A DNA stretch of 60,617 nucleotides, filler included. It is 5 parts of 5 records of this genome, joined end to end, with 100 filler letters (N's around TTAATTAATTAA, not from the genome) between each part and the next. Parts side by side here need not be neighbours in the genome. Positions count along the whole stretch, not along the records: positions 1 to 11,584 come from DRR723986_7667; positions 11,685 to 22,711 come from DRR723986_7678; 3 more parts are not named here. The stretch is one strand, 5' to 3'. Positions 9,260-17,911 of the stretch are shown in pieces. A program made the translations under genes and the position numbers. The notes beneath the pieces were generated by a model that searched no databases, had not been told where the DNA came from, and was given only the letters and a program-made list of their open reading frames with translations. Positions within the stretch are counted from its first letter, which is position 1, and each line of letters begins with the position of its first letter.

Positions 9260-10057
9260 ATGCAAGCCAAAAAGACTCAATCGAAAACCGGACTATTTCC
9301 ACCTGAGAAAACTGGGCCCGACAGCAGTCGTGAAGCGCGTTTTTGGGCGCGCTCACAGCATGTTGCCGGAGCTGATGAGGTAGGGCGTGGCTGTTTGGCC
9401 GGTCCTGTTGTGGCGGCTGCCGTGGTCCTGCCGCCGGAGGTAGATTTACCAGGTGTGCAGGATTCAAAGCAGATTAGCGCTGAACGTCGCGAAGAACTCT
9501 ATACACAAATTGTGGCGCAGGCGCTCGATTGGGCCGTTGAATTCAGGGATGCGCGTTACGTTGAAAAACACAATATTGTGCAGGCCTCCGTGCACGCGAT
9601 GAATGCGGCCCTGGCGCGTCTGAGTCCGCAACCCGCACATGCCCTGATTGATGGAAATTATTTCCACGGAGACGTCTGTCCGTTCACGACTATCATTAAA
9701 GGTGACAGTCGCTCGATTTCGATTGCCGCCGCTTCAATCCTGGCCAAGGTGACGCGGGACCGCTGGATGGTAGAAGTTGCCGATGTGGAATATCCCGTTT
9801 ACGAATTTGCGCGGCATAAGGGCTACGCAACCAAGGTGCACAGGGAGGCGCTGCTTAAACACGGACCCTGTATTCTGCATCGTTCTACCTTTATCGGCCG
9901 AATTCTGTCCGCGCCCGCAGAAGTTGATTTGCCCGCACCTGAAACTGTTCAGCCGGAACTGCAGACAACTACAGGACAACAAAAACGTCAAAAGGCGCGC
10001 AAGACGGCTAAACAACAAACGAGCAAAAAAACTGCGTCAAGCCAAACGCGCGCATAA
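9260..10057 (+). CDS. rnhB: Ribonuclease HII with basic C-terminal tail
   Basis: GADEVGRGCLAGPV, DSK, LIDGN, KGD, IAAASILAKVTRD and HKGY motifs; ATG at 9260 preferred over GTG at 9215. Confidence 0.93.
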   Translation: MQAKKTQSKTGLFPPEKTGPDSSREARFWARSQHVAGADEVGRGCLAGPVVAAAVVLPPEVDLPGVQDSKQISAERREELYTQIVAQALDWAVEFRDARYVEKHNIVQASVHAMNAALARLSPQPAHALIDGNYFHGDVCPFTTIIKGDSRSISIAAASILAKVTRDRWMVEVADVEYPVYEFARHKGYATKVHREALLKHGPCILHRSTFIGRILSAPAEVDLPAPETVQPELQTTTGQQKRQKARKTAKQQTSKKTASSQTRA

Positions 10058-10102
10058 CTCAATTTTGCCTGTGCCGCACGGGCATACTCCAAGAGGCCTT
10101 TA

Positions 10103-11401
10103 ATGAATGTGTTCCTGCGCGATATCAGAGTCATTGATCCCGCATCCGCTGCGTCGGTAGAAGATCCATCGTCCCTGCAAACGGAAAACGTTCTGATTGC
10201 CGCCGGCCGTATTGCTGAACGTGGCCAAGAAGCGCAGCCGCCCGCAAATGCAATGGTGCTCGACTGTGCCGGCAAATATATGCTGCCCGGCCTGTGTGAT
10301 ATGCGTGTGTTTGTGGGGGAGCCGGGCAATGAACAGCGCGAGACGATGCAGCAAACGCTGGCGAGTGCGGCGAATGCCGGAATTACTACCGTCTTGTGCA
10401 TGCCCGATTGTGATCCGGCCCTGGACTCCGTGGCTGCTGTGCGTTACATAAAGTCACTGGCAACACATCCGCTGGTTTCTGCGGTTCCAAGCGCTTGTAT
10501 TACACGTGGCTTTGACGATGTTAACCTGGCGCCGATGCTGGAGTTGCTGCACGAAGGTGTTAAGGTGTTTACCAATGGCGCGCTTCCGCTGCAGAGCGCG
10601 GAGACCTTAAGACGCGCGATGGCATATATTGGGCCAATCGGCGGGGTGATCAGCGATTTTCCACTGGAGCTTTCGCTGGCGCACAAAGCGCAGATGCATG
10701 CAGGCGCGGTAGCTCAGGAGTTGGGCATGACTGGTTTTCCGGCTGCGGCTGAACAGCTGGGAATTGCACGCGCAGTCTGGCTGGCAAATGTCTGCGGGGC
10801 AGCAACACATATTCCCGGCGTGAGTTGTGCTGCGAGCATTGATTTTCTGCGGCAGGCACGTGCCGGCGCGGCGCGGTTCACAGCCGAATGTAGCGTTCTT
10901 AACCTGACAAAAACTGACGCTGAGGTCCGCTCGTTTAACACCGCACTTAAACAACTTCCGCCGCTGCGCACAGCTGATGATAATGCGGCCCTGTGGCATG
11001 GCCTGCAGGATGGCACGATTGACTGCGTGAGCAGCAATCACCGCGCCGCGGCACTGCACGAAAAAGACGTAGAATTTGATATTGCTGCTTTTGGTTCGCG
11101 CAATCTGGAACTCCTTTTACCGCTGCTCTGGACTGAAGGCGTGGCTGCCGGCAAACTATCGCTGGAGCGGTTTGTGCAGGTAAGTTCGAGCAATCCACGC
11201 AGGATCCTGGGGTTGGAAGAAATCAACTTTGGACCTGGAGCAGAGGCAAATTTCACAATTATCACAACTGACAGCGCGGAGATGGCCTCAATGCCTGCCG
11301 TCTCCAGCGATTTTGCGATGGAAGACCTGGCGGCGCGTGCGCGCTACACCTATAGTAATTCGGCCTTGTGGGATTGCAGCCAAGGGGCTGAGTATTCCTG
11401 A
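10103..11401 (+). CDS. Dihydroorotase-like protein, probably catalytically inactive (PyrC'-type)
   Basis: PyrC architecture (PGLCD..EPG, AAANAGITTV, PPLRT, GTIDC), but DxHxH reads DMRVF and SDHAPH reads SNHRAA. Confidence 0.8.
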   Translation: MNVFLRDIRVIDPASAASVEDPSSLQTENVLIAAGRIAERGQEAQPPANAMVLDCAGKYMLPGLCDMRVFVGEPGNEQRETMQQTLASAANAGITTVLCMPDCDPALDSVAAVRYIKSLATHPLVSAVPSACITRGFDDVNLAPMLELLHEGVKVFTNGALPLQSAETLRRAMAYIGPIGGVISDFPLELSLAHKAQMHAGAVAQELGMTGFPAAAEQLGIARAVWLANVCGAATHIPGVSCAASIDFLRQARAGAARFTAECSVLNLTKTDAEVRSFNTALKQLPPLRTADDNAALWHGLQDGTIDCVSSNHRAAALHEKDVEFDIAAFGSRNLELLLPLLWTEGVAAGKLSLERFVQVSSSNPRRILGLEEINFGPGAEANFTIITTDSAEMASMPAVSSDFAMEDLAARARYTYSNSALWDCSQGAEYS

Positions 11402-11535
11402 ATTTGCACTAGAGTGTTTGTTCTTGAGACTAGTGGGCAATGTGTGAAATTCGGTAATTGACAATTGCATCATATAGAGTGGCTATACGCTTGCGGCCGG
11501 ATGTCAGTTACTCAGTGAGTCAGGTTTTTGGTGTT

Positions 11536-11577
11536 TTTGATTCCAGTCACAGATTCTTGGGGTTGGAAACAGCCCCC
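11536..11577. repeat. REP-like repeat family R3, copy A (at contig end)
   Basis: Reverse complement matches 51355-51396 at 36/42 nt; contains a GGGGTTG-GAAA-CAGCCCC hairpin. Confidence 0.8.
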
Positions 11578-11584
11578 ACCAACA

Positions 11585-11684
11585 NNNNNNNNNNNNNNNN
11601 NNNNNNNNNNNNNNNNNNNNNNNNNNNNTTAATTAATTAANNNNNNNNNNNNNNNNNNNNNNNNNNNNNNNNNNNNNNNNNNNN
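11585..11684. other. Artificial contig linker
   Basis: N run, TTAATTAATTAA (stops in all frames), N run; 100 bp. Confidence 0.99.
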
Positions 11685-11685
11685 G

Positions 11686-12315
11686 GATGAACTCATTCCG
11701 CCAGCCGATCTTGTTATCCTGCCCGGCAGCAAAAGCACCCGGCACGACCTGCAGTGGCTGAAGCAACAAGGCTGGCCGGAGGCCATCCAGAAACACCTGC
11801 GGTATGGCGGCAAGCTACTGGGTATCTGTGGCGGCTTCCAGATGCTGGGGCTTAAAGTGGAAGACCCGGAAGGGCTGGAAGGTGAAGTCGGCACTACGAA
11901 GGGCCTGGCCCTGTTCGAGATGGTTACCCGTATGGTGCCGGGCAAGCAGCTTCGAATGGTAAATGGCGGGCTGACCTCCCATATTGCCAGCACGGTGGTG
12001 ACAGGCGCCCTGAAAGGCTATGAAATGCACAACGGTGTCACGGAAGGCGCGGCGCTGGTGCGCCCATTTGCAGAGCTGGAAGGCAGGCCGGATGGCGCCG
12101 TCAGTGCGGATGGCCAGGTGGCGGGTACCTATATCCACGGCGTCTTCGACGAGCCAGCCGCCTGCAAGGCCATTCTGGCCTGGGCAGGCCTTAAAACACA
12201 GGGCGAGCAGTCGGTGGACTACCAGCGTCACCGTCTGCAGCAGCTTGATCGCCTGGCCGATCAGGTGGATCAGTGCCTGGACAAAGAGCGGTTAAGGAGG
12301 CTGTTGCAGTTGTGA
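11686..12315 (+). CDS. cobQ: Cobyric acid synthase, C-terminal GATase part (5'-truncated by the contig edge)
   Basis: Open frame from the contig start: ADLVILPGSKST...GICGGFQMLG...GYEMH...GTYIHGVFD. Confidence 0.93.
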   Translation, partial: DELIPPADLVILPGSKSTRHDLQWLKQQGWPEAIQKHLRYGGKLLGICGGFQMLGLKVEDPEGLEGEVGTTKGLALFEMVTRMVPGKQLRMVNGGLTSHIASTVVTGALKGYEMHNGVTEGAALVRPFAELEGRPDGAVSADGQVAGTYIHGVFDEPAACKAILAWAGLKTQGEQSVDYQRHRLQQLDRLADQVDQCLDKERLRRLLQL

Positions 12316-13013
12316 GTAACCCGAATGATCCCTTCAGCGATGCCCAGCGCGAAGGCTTGTACCGGGCCATCTTCGAGCGCCGGGATGTGCGCTCCCAGTT
12401 CCTGCCGGATGCCATTCCGGAGGAGGTTCTGGCGCGCATCCTGAGAGCTGCCCACCACGCCCCGTCGGTCGGCTTCATGCAGCCCTGGGATTTCATCGTG
12501 ATCGACAGCCTGGCGGTGCGCGAGCAGGTGCTGGACAGTTTTAACAATGAAAACGCAAAGGCCTCGGAAAACTACACCGGCGAGCGCCAGCAAACCTATC
12601 GGAGCCTGAAACTGCAGGGCATTCTGGATAGCCCCATCAACCTCTGCATCACCTGTGATCGATCCCGCGGCGGCCCCAATGTCCTGGGGCGTAATTCCAT
12701 TATGGAAATGGATCTGTTCAGCACCTGCCTGGCGGTGCAGAATCTCTGGCTGGCGGCACGGGCCGAGAGCATGGGCGTGGGCTGGGTGAGCATCCTGGAT
12801 CAGGATGTACTGTCGAATATCCTGCAGTTACCGGATCATGTATACCCACTGGCCTATCTCTGCCTGGGCTATGTCAGTGAATTCCTGGAGCAACCGGAAT
12901 TACAGTCCAAAGGCTGGCGTTCCCGGCTGCCGCTGGAAGATCTGGTACATGGGAATAGCTGGGGACAGCCGATTGGGCATAAGAAACTGGCAAAGTACCT
13001 CGTCGGGGAGTGA
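12312..13013 (+). CDS. bluB: 5,6-dimethylbenzimidazole synthase
   Basis: RRDVR, AAHHAPSVGFMQPW, QNLWLAARAE, GWVS; GTG start overlaps the cobQ stop. Confidence 0.93.
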   Translation: MSNPNDPFSDAQREGLYRAIFERRDVRSQFLPDAIPEEVLARILRAAHHAPSVGFMQPWDFIVIDSLAVREQVLDSFNNENAKASENYTGERQQTYRSLKLQGILDSPINLCITCDRSRGGPNVLGRNSIMEMDLFSTCLAVQNLWLAARAESMGVGWVSILDQDVLSNILQLPDHVYPLAYLCLGYVSEFLEQPELQSKGWRSRLPLEDLVHGNSWGQPIGHKKLAKYLVGE

Positions 13014-13050
13014 TGGGTACCATAAAAAACTATTATCGTTTTCCTCATAG

Positions 13051-13086
13051 GTCCCGAATTGGGTACGATCCGACCCGATTTGGGAC
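13051..13086 (+). terminator. Hairpin after bluB (possible terminator)
   Basis: GTCCCGAATTGGGT ... ACCCGATTTGGGAC stem with G-U pairs and a weak U tail. Confidence 0.45.
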
Positions 13087-13104
13087 TTCTGTTCAGGGGG
13101 TGAG

Positions 13105-13773
13105 ATGAAGTTTTCTGTGTTTTATCAGCAGGCCTTGGCCCGCAAGGGTGGCGAACAGGCCCTGAAATCTCTGTTACCACCGGTCACTGAAAAGCATCGT
13201 CTGGCGGAGATCGGCGACGACCGTTACCTGTCCGAGATCACCCGATGCATTTTCAAGGCTGGTTTCGTCTGGCGGGTAATTGAGAACAAATGGCCGGATT
13301 TTGAGGCGGCCTTCGAAGGATTTGTGCCCGCCTACTGGCAACAGGTGCCGCCAGAAGTGTTGGAGCAGCTGGCTACAGACGAGCGTATTGTTCGCAACAT
13401 GCAGAAGATCCGGACCGTGCCGGAAAATGCCCAGATGATCATGGATGTGGCGAAAGACCATGGCAGCTTTGGTCAGTTTCTGGCCCAGTGGCCGTCGACC
13501 GATCAGGTGGGGCTGCTGCTCTACCTGAAGCGTAACGGTGAGCGTCTGGGCGGGAACTCAGCCCAGTACTTCCTGCGCCGGGTGGGTTGGGATGGTTTTA
13601 TCCTGTCCCACGATGTGGTTACCGCCCTGACCCGGGCCGGAATACTGGATGCCTCACCGGCCAGCAAGAAAGGCATGAGCCAGGCCCAGGAGGCGTTCAA
13701 CCGTTGGCACGAAGAGACGGAAATGCCCATCAGCCACCTGTCCCGGATAGTGTCCTTCACGGTGGATAACTGA
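13105..13773 (+). CDS. DNA-3-methyladenine glycosylase I (Tag)-like protein
   Basis: DDRYLSEITRCIFKAGFVW...KWPDFEAAFEGF...IVRNMQKI, then a GGNSAQYFLR helix-hairpin. Confidence 0.75.
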   Translation: MKFSVFYQQALARKGGEQALKSLLPPVTEKHRLAEIGDDRYLSEITRCIFKAGFVWRVIENKWPDFEAAFEGFVPAYWQQVPPEVLEQLATDERIVRNMQKIRTVPENAQMIMDVAKDHGSFGQFLAQWPSTDQVGLLLYLKRNGERLGGNSAQYFLRRVGWDGFILSHDVVTALTRAGILDASPASKKGMSQAQEAFNRWHEETEMPISHLSRIVSFTVDN

Positions 13774-13786
13774 CGATGCCCCCACG

Positions 13787-14548
13787 TTAGAGAAACAGCA
13801 ACAGCGCCAGTTCACTGAACACGACAGCTGCGCCCAGGGTGTCGCCGGTGTAGCCGCCAAGCTGGCTACGAAGATAGCTGCCCCAGAACACAGCAACCAG
13901 CAGGACGGCCGTTATGGCTGCGGGAATCAGTAACGGCTGCCAGAGTGATAATCCGGCTGCCAGCAACAACACAAACCCCGCGGCCGCCAGCAAACGGCTG
14001 CGGGAGAAACCGTCTGCCACCGGCTTGGATTTACTCTTGTCGGGGTCAGTGACGTACGGCAGGCAGGCCATCAATATCAGTGGTGTCAGCCGGGAAACCG
14101 CAGGTGCCACCAGCAACGCAAGCCAGATCAATTCAGCCTCAGCCAGCAGAGCTACTTTCAGCAGCAAGGCCATCACCAGTGCCACCGTGCCATAGGTTCC
14201 GATCCGGCTGTCTTTCATTATCTCCAGACGTTTTTCCACGGTATAGCCGCCGCCGAGAGCATCAACACTGTCGGCCAGGCCATCTTCGTGGAAGGCCCCG
14301 GTGATAAACAGGTGCAGAATAACCACCAGGATAATGGCCGCCAGCGGGCTGGCCACCAGTGAGAACAGAAAATAGGCGGCGCAATAGCCAAGGCCGAGCA
14401 GAAGGCCCACCAGGGGAAAATAGACGCTGCTCTGGTTCATCAGGCGCTGGGAGTAATCAATCCGGACGAGCATGGGGATACGAGTCAGGAATCCCAGTGC
14501 CAGCCAGAAAGCCTGCCATTCTTGTGCAATCCGCGAGTGAGGGAGCAA
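13787..14548 (-). CDS. cobS: Adenosylcobinamide-GDP ribazoletransferase (cobalamin synthase)
   Basis: FLTRIP, TGAFHEDGLADSVD, IMKDSRIGTYG and GGYTGDTLGA motifs. Confidence 0.95.
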   Translation of the reverse strand: MLPHSRIAQEWQAFWLALGFLTRIPMLVRIDYSQRLMNQSSVYFPLVGLLLGLGYCAAYFLFSLVASPLAAIILVVILHLFITGAFHEDGLADSVDALGGGYTVEKRLEIMKDSRIGTYGTVALVMALLLKVALLAEAELIWLALLVAPAVSRLTPLILMACLPYVTDPDKSKSKPVADGFSRSRLLAAAGFVLLLAAGLSLWQPLLIPAAITAVLLVAVFWGSYLRSQLGGYTGDTLGAAVVFSELALLLFL

Positions 14549-14623
14549 GGGCGCCTCCTTGAGAATTCAAAAGCGCCCATTGTACGTGAGACCAGCAAAG
14601 TTTGCGGCGTTCTCAGAGTAGCA

Positions 14624-16372
14624 TCAGTCCAGCCACTCCCCGGGGTTGTCGGTGGTAAAGCGTGTCACCTTGTCCGGGGGTTCACAGCTGTCCGTCATGT
14701 CCTGGTCGCTCAGCAGCACGTAGGTATCCCGGTGAGCAGTGCCCAGCGGTCGGGCACCCTGCTTATTGAAACAGCCAAGCTCTCCGTCTTCAGCCACCAT
14801 TAAATAGCTATCCGGTGTCTCCCGCATCCAGAGCCATGCGTTGCGGCTTTCCTGTTCTGTGTCACTGAAGTAACTGAAATGGGTAAAGTCCCGCTTTGAA
14901 AACAGAATGAACTGTTCCCGGAAATTGATCATGCCAATCTGCCCGCCGGAAGGCACGAACTGCTCGGCTGCGGCGAGCACATTTCTGGGTGTGCGCAATG
15001 GCTCGAGAATCCGATAACCCCAGGTTGTGAACACCAGCCAACTCACCATCAGGGCAATGAACCAGCGCCCGAGTGCCCGACAGCGCCAGAACGCCATGAG
15101 ACTTGCGACCCAGATAAACCCAAGGGTGAACAACAGGGTGCCGGCTTCGTGCAGTCGAGCCGGATCCTGGGTGTAGTCAGCGACCTTTTCCACCAGACGA
15201 GGGTGGTCATTCCAGGCTAGGACGCCCAGGATGATCAAGGCTGCACCAAGCAGCAGATGCAGAACACTGGTGACCGCCCCGAACCAGCGTGCCGGGTTTT
15301 GTCCACTCAATGCCGGGGCCAGGCTCAGGGCCAGTGCCGGCAAAGCCGGGAGCACATACACTCCGCGTTTGCCCGGGCTCAGGCTGAAAAACGCCACCAC
15401 CAACACGACCCACGCCAGCAGAACCACCACGTCCAGCCTGTGTTTGAGAATCTCACGAATGGGCCGCAGCAGTGCCAGGAATAGCAGCGGCAGCGGAAAC
15501 CACAGCGAGGGAATCACGCTGGCGAGGTAGTAATACCAGGGCTGAATGTGCCCCCAGGAATCGGCATAGCGCTCGCCGGTCTGTTTGAACAGAATGTTGT
15601 CGCGATAGGCCAGGGCCTCGTCGGTGCCCAGGTGACTGACGGCCAGCACCATCGGCACCAGCCAGGCTGCCACAACGGCCAGCATGACCAGGGGGCCGAG
15701 GGCGCAGCGCCACCGGAGTGTGCCCTGAAACCGAGAAGTGTCCTGCAGTTTCAGGGCCAGTATCGGAATGAACAGCAAGGCGGGCAGAAAGCCAACCCCT
15801 TTGGTAATAATGCCAAGCCCCATAAAGGCCCAGGCCACGAAATACCAACGCCAGGACGGCTGCACGAAAAAATGCCGGATCAGACCGTAACAGGCCACCA
15901 TGATCCAGCAGGCCACCATGGCATCAATCTGGGCTCGCTGGGCCTGAATCAGGAACTGGGGTGCCACCATCAGCAGCAGTGCGGCAATGGCGCCGGTGCG
16001 TTGGTTCCACAAGCGTGTGCCCAGATCGAACACCAGGCCCAGGGTTAGCAGGCTGCACAGGGCGTTCGGTAGCAGAAACGCGATTTTCAGGTTGCCGGTC
16101 AGCCAGTAGAAAAAGGCGATGGCCCACATGAACACCGGTGGTTTGTCCGGGTAGAGTTCGCCGCCCCGCATCGGCAGCAGCCATTGCCCGGAGGTCACCA
16201 TTTCCCGGGCCACTTCGGCGAATCGCGGTTCGTCGGCGGGCCACGGAGAGCGTAACCCGATGCCGGTCAGAATCATGAGTGTCGCGAAGGCCAGTACCAC
16301 CAGTAATAATCGGTTGTACGGCAGATTGAATAAGGTGTCGGGTAAACGCCGAAGACGGAAGTCGAGTGTCAT
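14624..16372 (-). CDS. ArnT/GT39-family lipid-carrier-dependent glycosyltransferase (copy 1)
   Basis: DEPRFAEVAREM, YPDKPP, TKG, HIQPWYYY, KRGVYVLP; many TM helices. Confidence 0.9.
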   Translation of the reverse strand: MTLDFRLRRLPDTLFNLPYNRLLLVVLAFATLMILTGIGLRSPWPADEPRFAEVAREMVTSGQWLLPMRGGELYPDKPPVFMWAIAFFYWLTGNLKIAFLLPNALCSLLTLGLVFDLGTRLWNQRTGAIAALLLMVAPQFLIQAQRAQIDAMVACWIMVACYGLIRHFFVQPSWRWYFVAWAFMGLGIITKGVGFLPALLFIPILALKLQDTSRFQGTLRWRCALGPLVMLAVVAAWLVPMVLAVSHLGTDEALAYRDNILFKQTGERYADSWGHIQPWYYYLASVIPSLWFPLPLLFLALLRPIREILKHRLDVVVLLAWVVLVVAFFSLSPGKRGVYVLPALPALALSLAPALSGQNPARWFGAVTSVLHLLLGAALIILGVLAWNDHPRLVEKVADYTQDPARLHEAGTLLFTLGFIWVASLMAFWRCRALGRWFIALMVSWLVFTTWGYRILEPLRTPRNVLAAAEQFVPSGGQIGMINFREQFILFSKRDFTHFSYFSDTEQESRNAWLWMRETPDSYLMVAEDGELGCFNKQGARPLGTAHRDTYVLLSDQDMTDSCEPPDKVTRFTTDNPGEWLD

Positions 16373-16381
16373 AATCGCAAC

Positions 16382-17050
16382 TCAGGAGGGGTCAGATACG
16401 GAATCAGCAAGGGTCTGATTGCGCTGGTTGTGATACAGGTAAGCGCCAATGGCACTTGCCAGCGCGAACAGAACCGCGCTTACCACAAGCTGATCGAGAC
16501 GGGCCTGGCCAATCCCTGCGCCGGCCATTGCAAAGATCACCATCTGGGGCAGGTAGCCAAGAACGCTGCCCAACAAAAATGGGACGAATCGTATCCCGGA
16601 ACACCCGGCGAGGAGATTGGTGACAAGATTGCTGCCTACCGGCAACAGCCTGATCATGAGTATTTTGAGCAGAGTGCCTTCCGTGAACAGCAGGTCAAAA
16701 CGTTGCATGCGATCTGAAAAACGGTTCAGGAGTGATGTTCGCAAAAGCCAGCGTGCGACAAAAAAGCAGCCTGTCGCGCCAATGGCTGTAGCGATAGTCG
16801 ATAGGATCGCACCCTGAATGCTGCCTGCGGCAAATCCCAGAACGAAAGCGAGGACCTGTCTGGGGGCTCCGAATCCAGTGAAAAGTGCACCGAGCAGCGT
16901 AATGGCTGAAAGTCCTGCCAGCCCATTACTGTTCAGGAAATCTGCCACGCGCTCCTGATCGGTCAGAAAACCGAACCAGTCCCCGCTCATGGTCAGATAG
17001 CCTGTTAATACCAGGATGGCGAAAGATAGCCAGCGCAGTCCCGAAGCCAT
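16382..17050 (-). CDS. DedA/VTT (TVP38) family membrane protein
   Basis: PRQVLAFVLGF, IRLLPVGSNLVTNLLAG, FLLGSVLGYLP. Confidence 0.85.
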   Translation of the reverse strand: MASGLRWLSFAILVLTGYLTMSGDWFGFLTDQERVADFLNSNGLAGLSAITLLGALFTGFGAPRQVLAFVLGFAAGSIQGAILSTIATAIGATGCFFVARWLLRTSLLNRFSDRMQRFDLLFTEGTLLKILMIRLLPVGSNLVTNLLAGCSGIRFVPFLLGSVLGYLPQMVIFAMAGAGIGQARLDQLVVSAVLFALASAIGAYLYHNQRNQTLADSVSDPS

Positions 17051-17051
17051 A

Positions 17052-17819
17052 TCAAGCCCGTTCCGTTGCCGGTCGACTGTTGTTCGGATCCTCTAGGTTT
17101 GCAATTTGAGGAACTCGTGTGCGGTGAAGTAACCACATAACGCCGATCATATCGACGATTCCGGCCCATGCACGGTTCCAGGCATTGTATTTGGAAATCC
17201 CGGCCATTCTTGGGCGATGATTGACCTCGACAATGGCGATTTCGCCTCCCGCGCCTTTCACCAGCGCGGGAATGAACCGATGGGCGTGATCGAACCACGG
17301 CAGTTTGAGAAAGGTCGATCGGGGAAACAGCTTCAGTCCACAGCCTGTATCGGGAACTCCATCATGTAGAAAGGCGTTGCGAATACGATTAGCCAGGCGT
17401 GATTGGAAACGTTTCCATGCTGTATCCTTCCGATTTCTGCGATAGCCGGCAATACAAAAGTCGGGATTGTGGAGTCTGTTCGCTTGTTGCAACAGTGCTG
17501 GAATATCGGCGGGGTCGTTTTGACCATCTCCGTCCATTGTCACAATCAGTTGGCCTGTGGCGCGAAGGATACCGGTCGCCAGTGCCCCGCTCTGTCCGAT
17601 GCTCTGTTCATGTCGAACCGCCAATAGCCTGCCCCCCAAAGCCTCGGCAGTGCGACGAGCTGTTGCCAGTGTCTGGTCGGAACTGCCATCGTCCACGAGC
17701 ACGACTTCAAAGCCCGGGTAATCCCTCATAACGTTGAAGGCCTCGGTCAGCAGCTTCGCGATGTTTTCCTGCTCGTTTTTTGCAGGAATGACCAGTGACA
17801 GAGTGCTGTGCTGAGACAT
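17052..17819 (-). CDS. GT2 polyprenol-phosphate glycosyltransferase (DPM1-like)
   Basis: VIPAKNE, VDDGSSD, MDGDGQNDP, DTGCGLK, HRFIP; GGAG RBS before ATG 17819. Confidence 0.9.
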   Translation of the reverse strand: MSQHSTLSLVIPAKNEQENIAKLLTEAFNVMRDYPGFEVVLVDDGSSDQTLATARRTAEALGGRLLAVRHEQSIGQSGALATGILRATGQLIVTMDGDGQNDPADIPALLQQANRLHNPDFCIAGYRRNRKDTAWKRFQSRLANRIRNAFLHDGVPDTGCGLKLFPRSTFLKLPWFDHAHRFIPALVKGAGGEIAIVEVNHRPRMAGISKYNAWNRAWAGIVDMIGVMWLLHRTRVPQIANLEDPNNSRPATERA

Positions 17820-17894
17820 TGAGATATTCTCCAAGATGTTAACCAAACCACGTTGCCGTGCGGTTTATGCCTTGGAGAATTATCAGCCTTGAAG

Positions 17895-17911
17895 CTTAAC
17901 CGAATCTTAAG
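17895..17911 (-). promoter_or_regulatory. Putative PmrA/QseB-type box upstream of the GT2-DedA-ArnT genes
   Basis: CTTAAG-N5-GTTAAG on the minus strand, followed by a -10-like TGATAAT. Confidence 0.65.

Noticed and set aside
12312-14620. Cobalamin riboswitch near the cob genes
   Set aside because: No B12-box consensus seen in the short intergenic gaps, and the operon 5' end is outside the contig.
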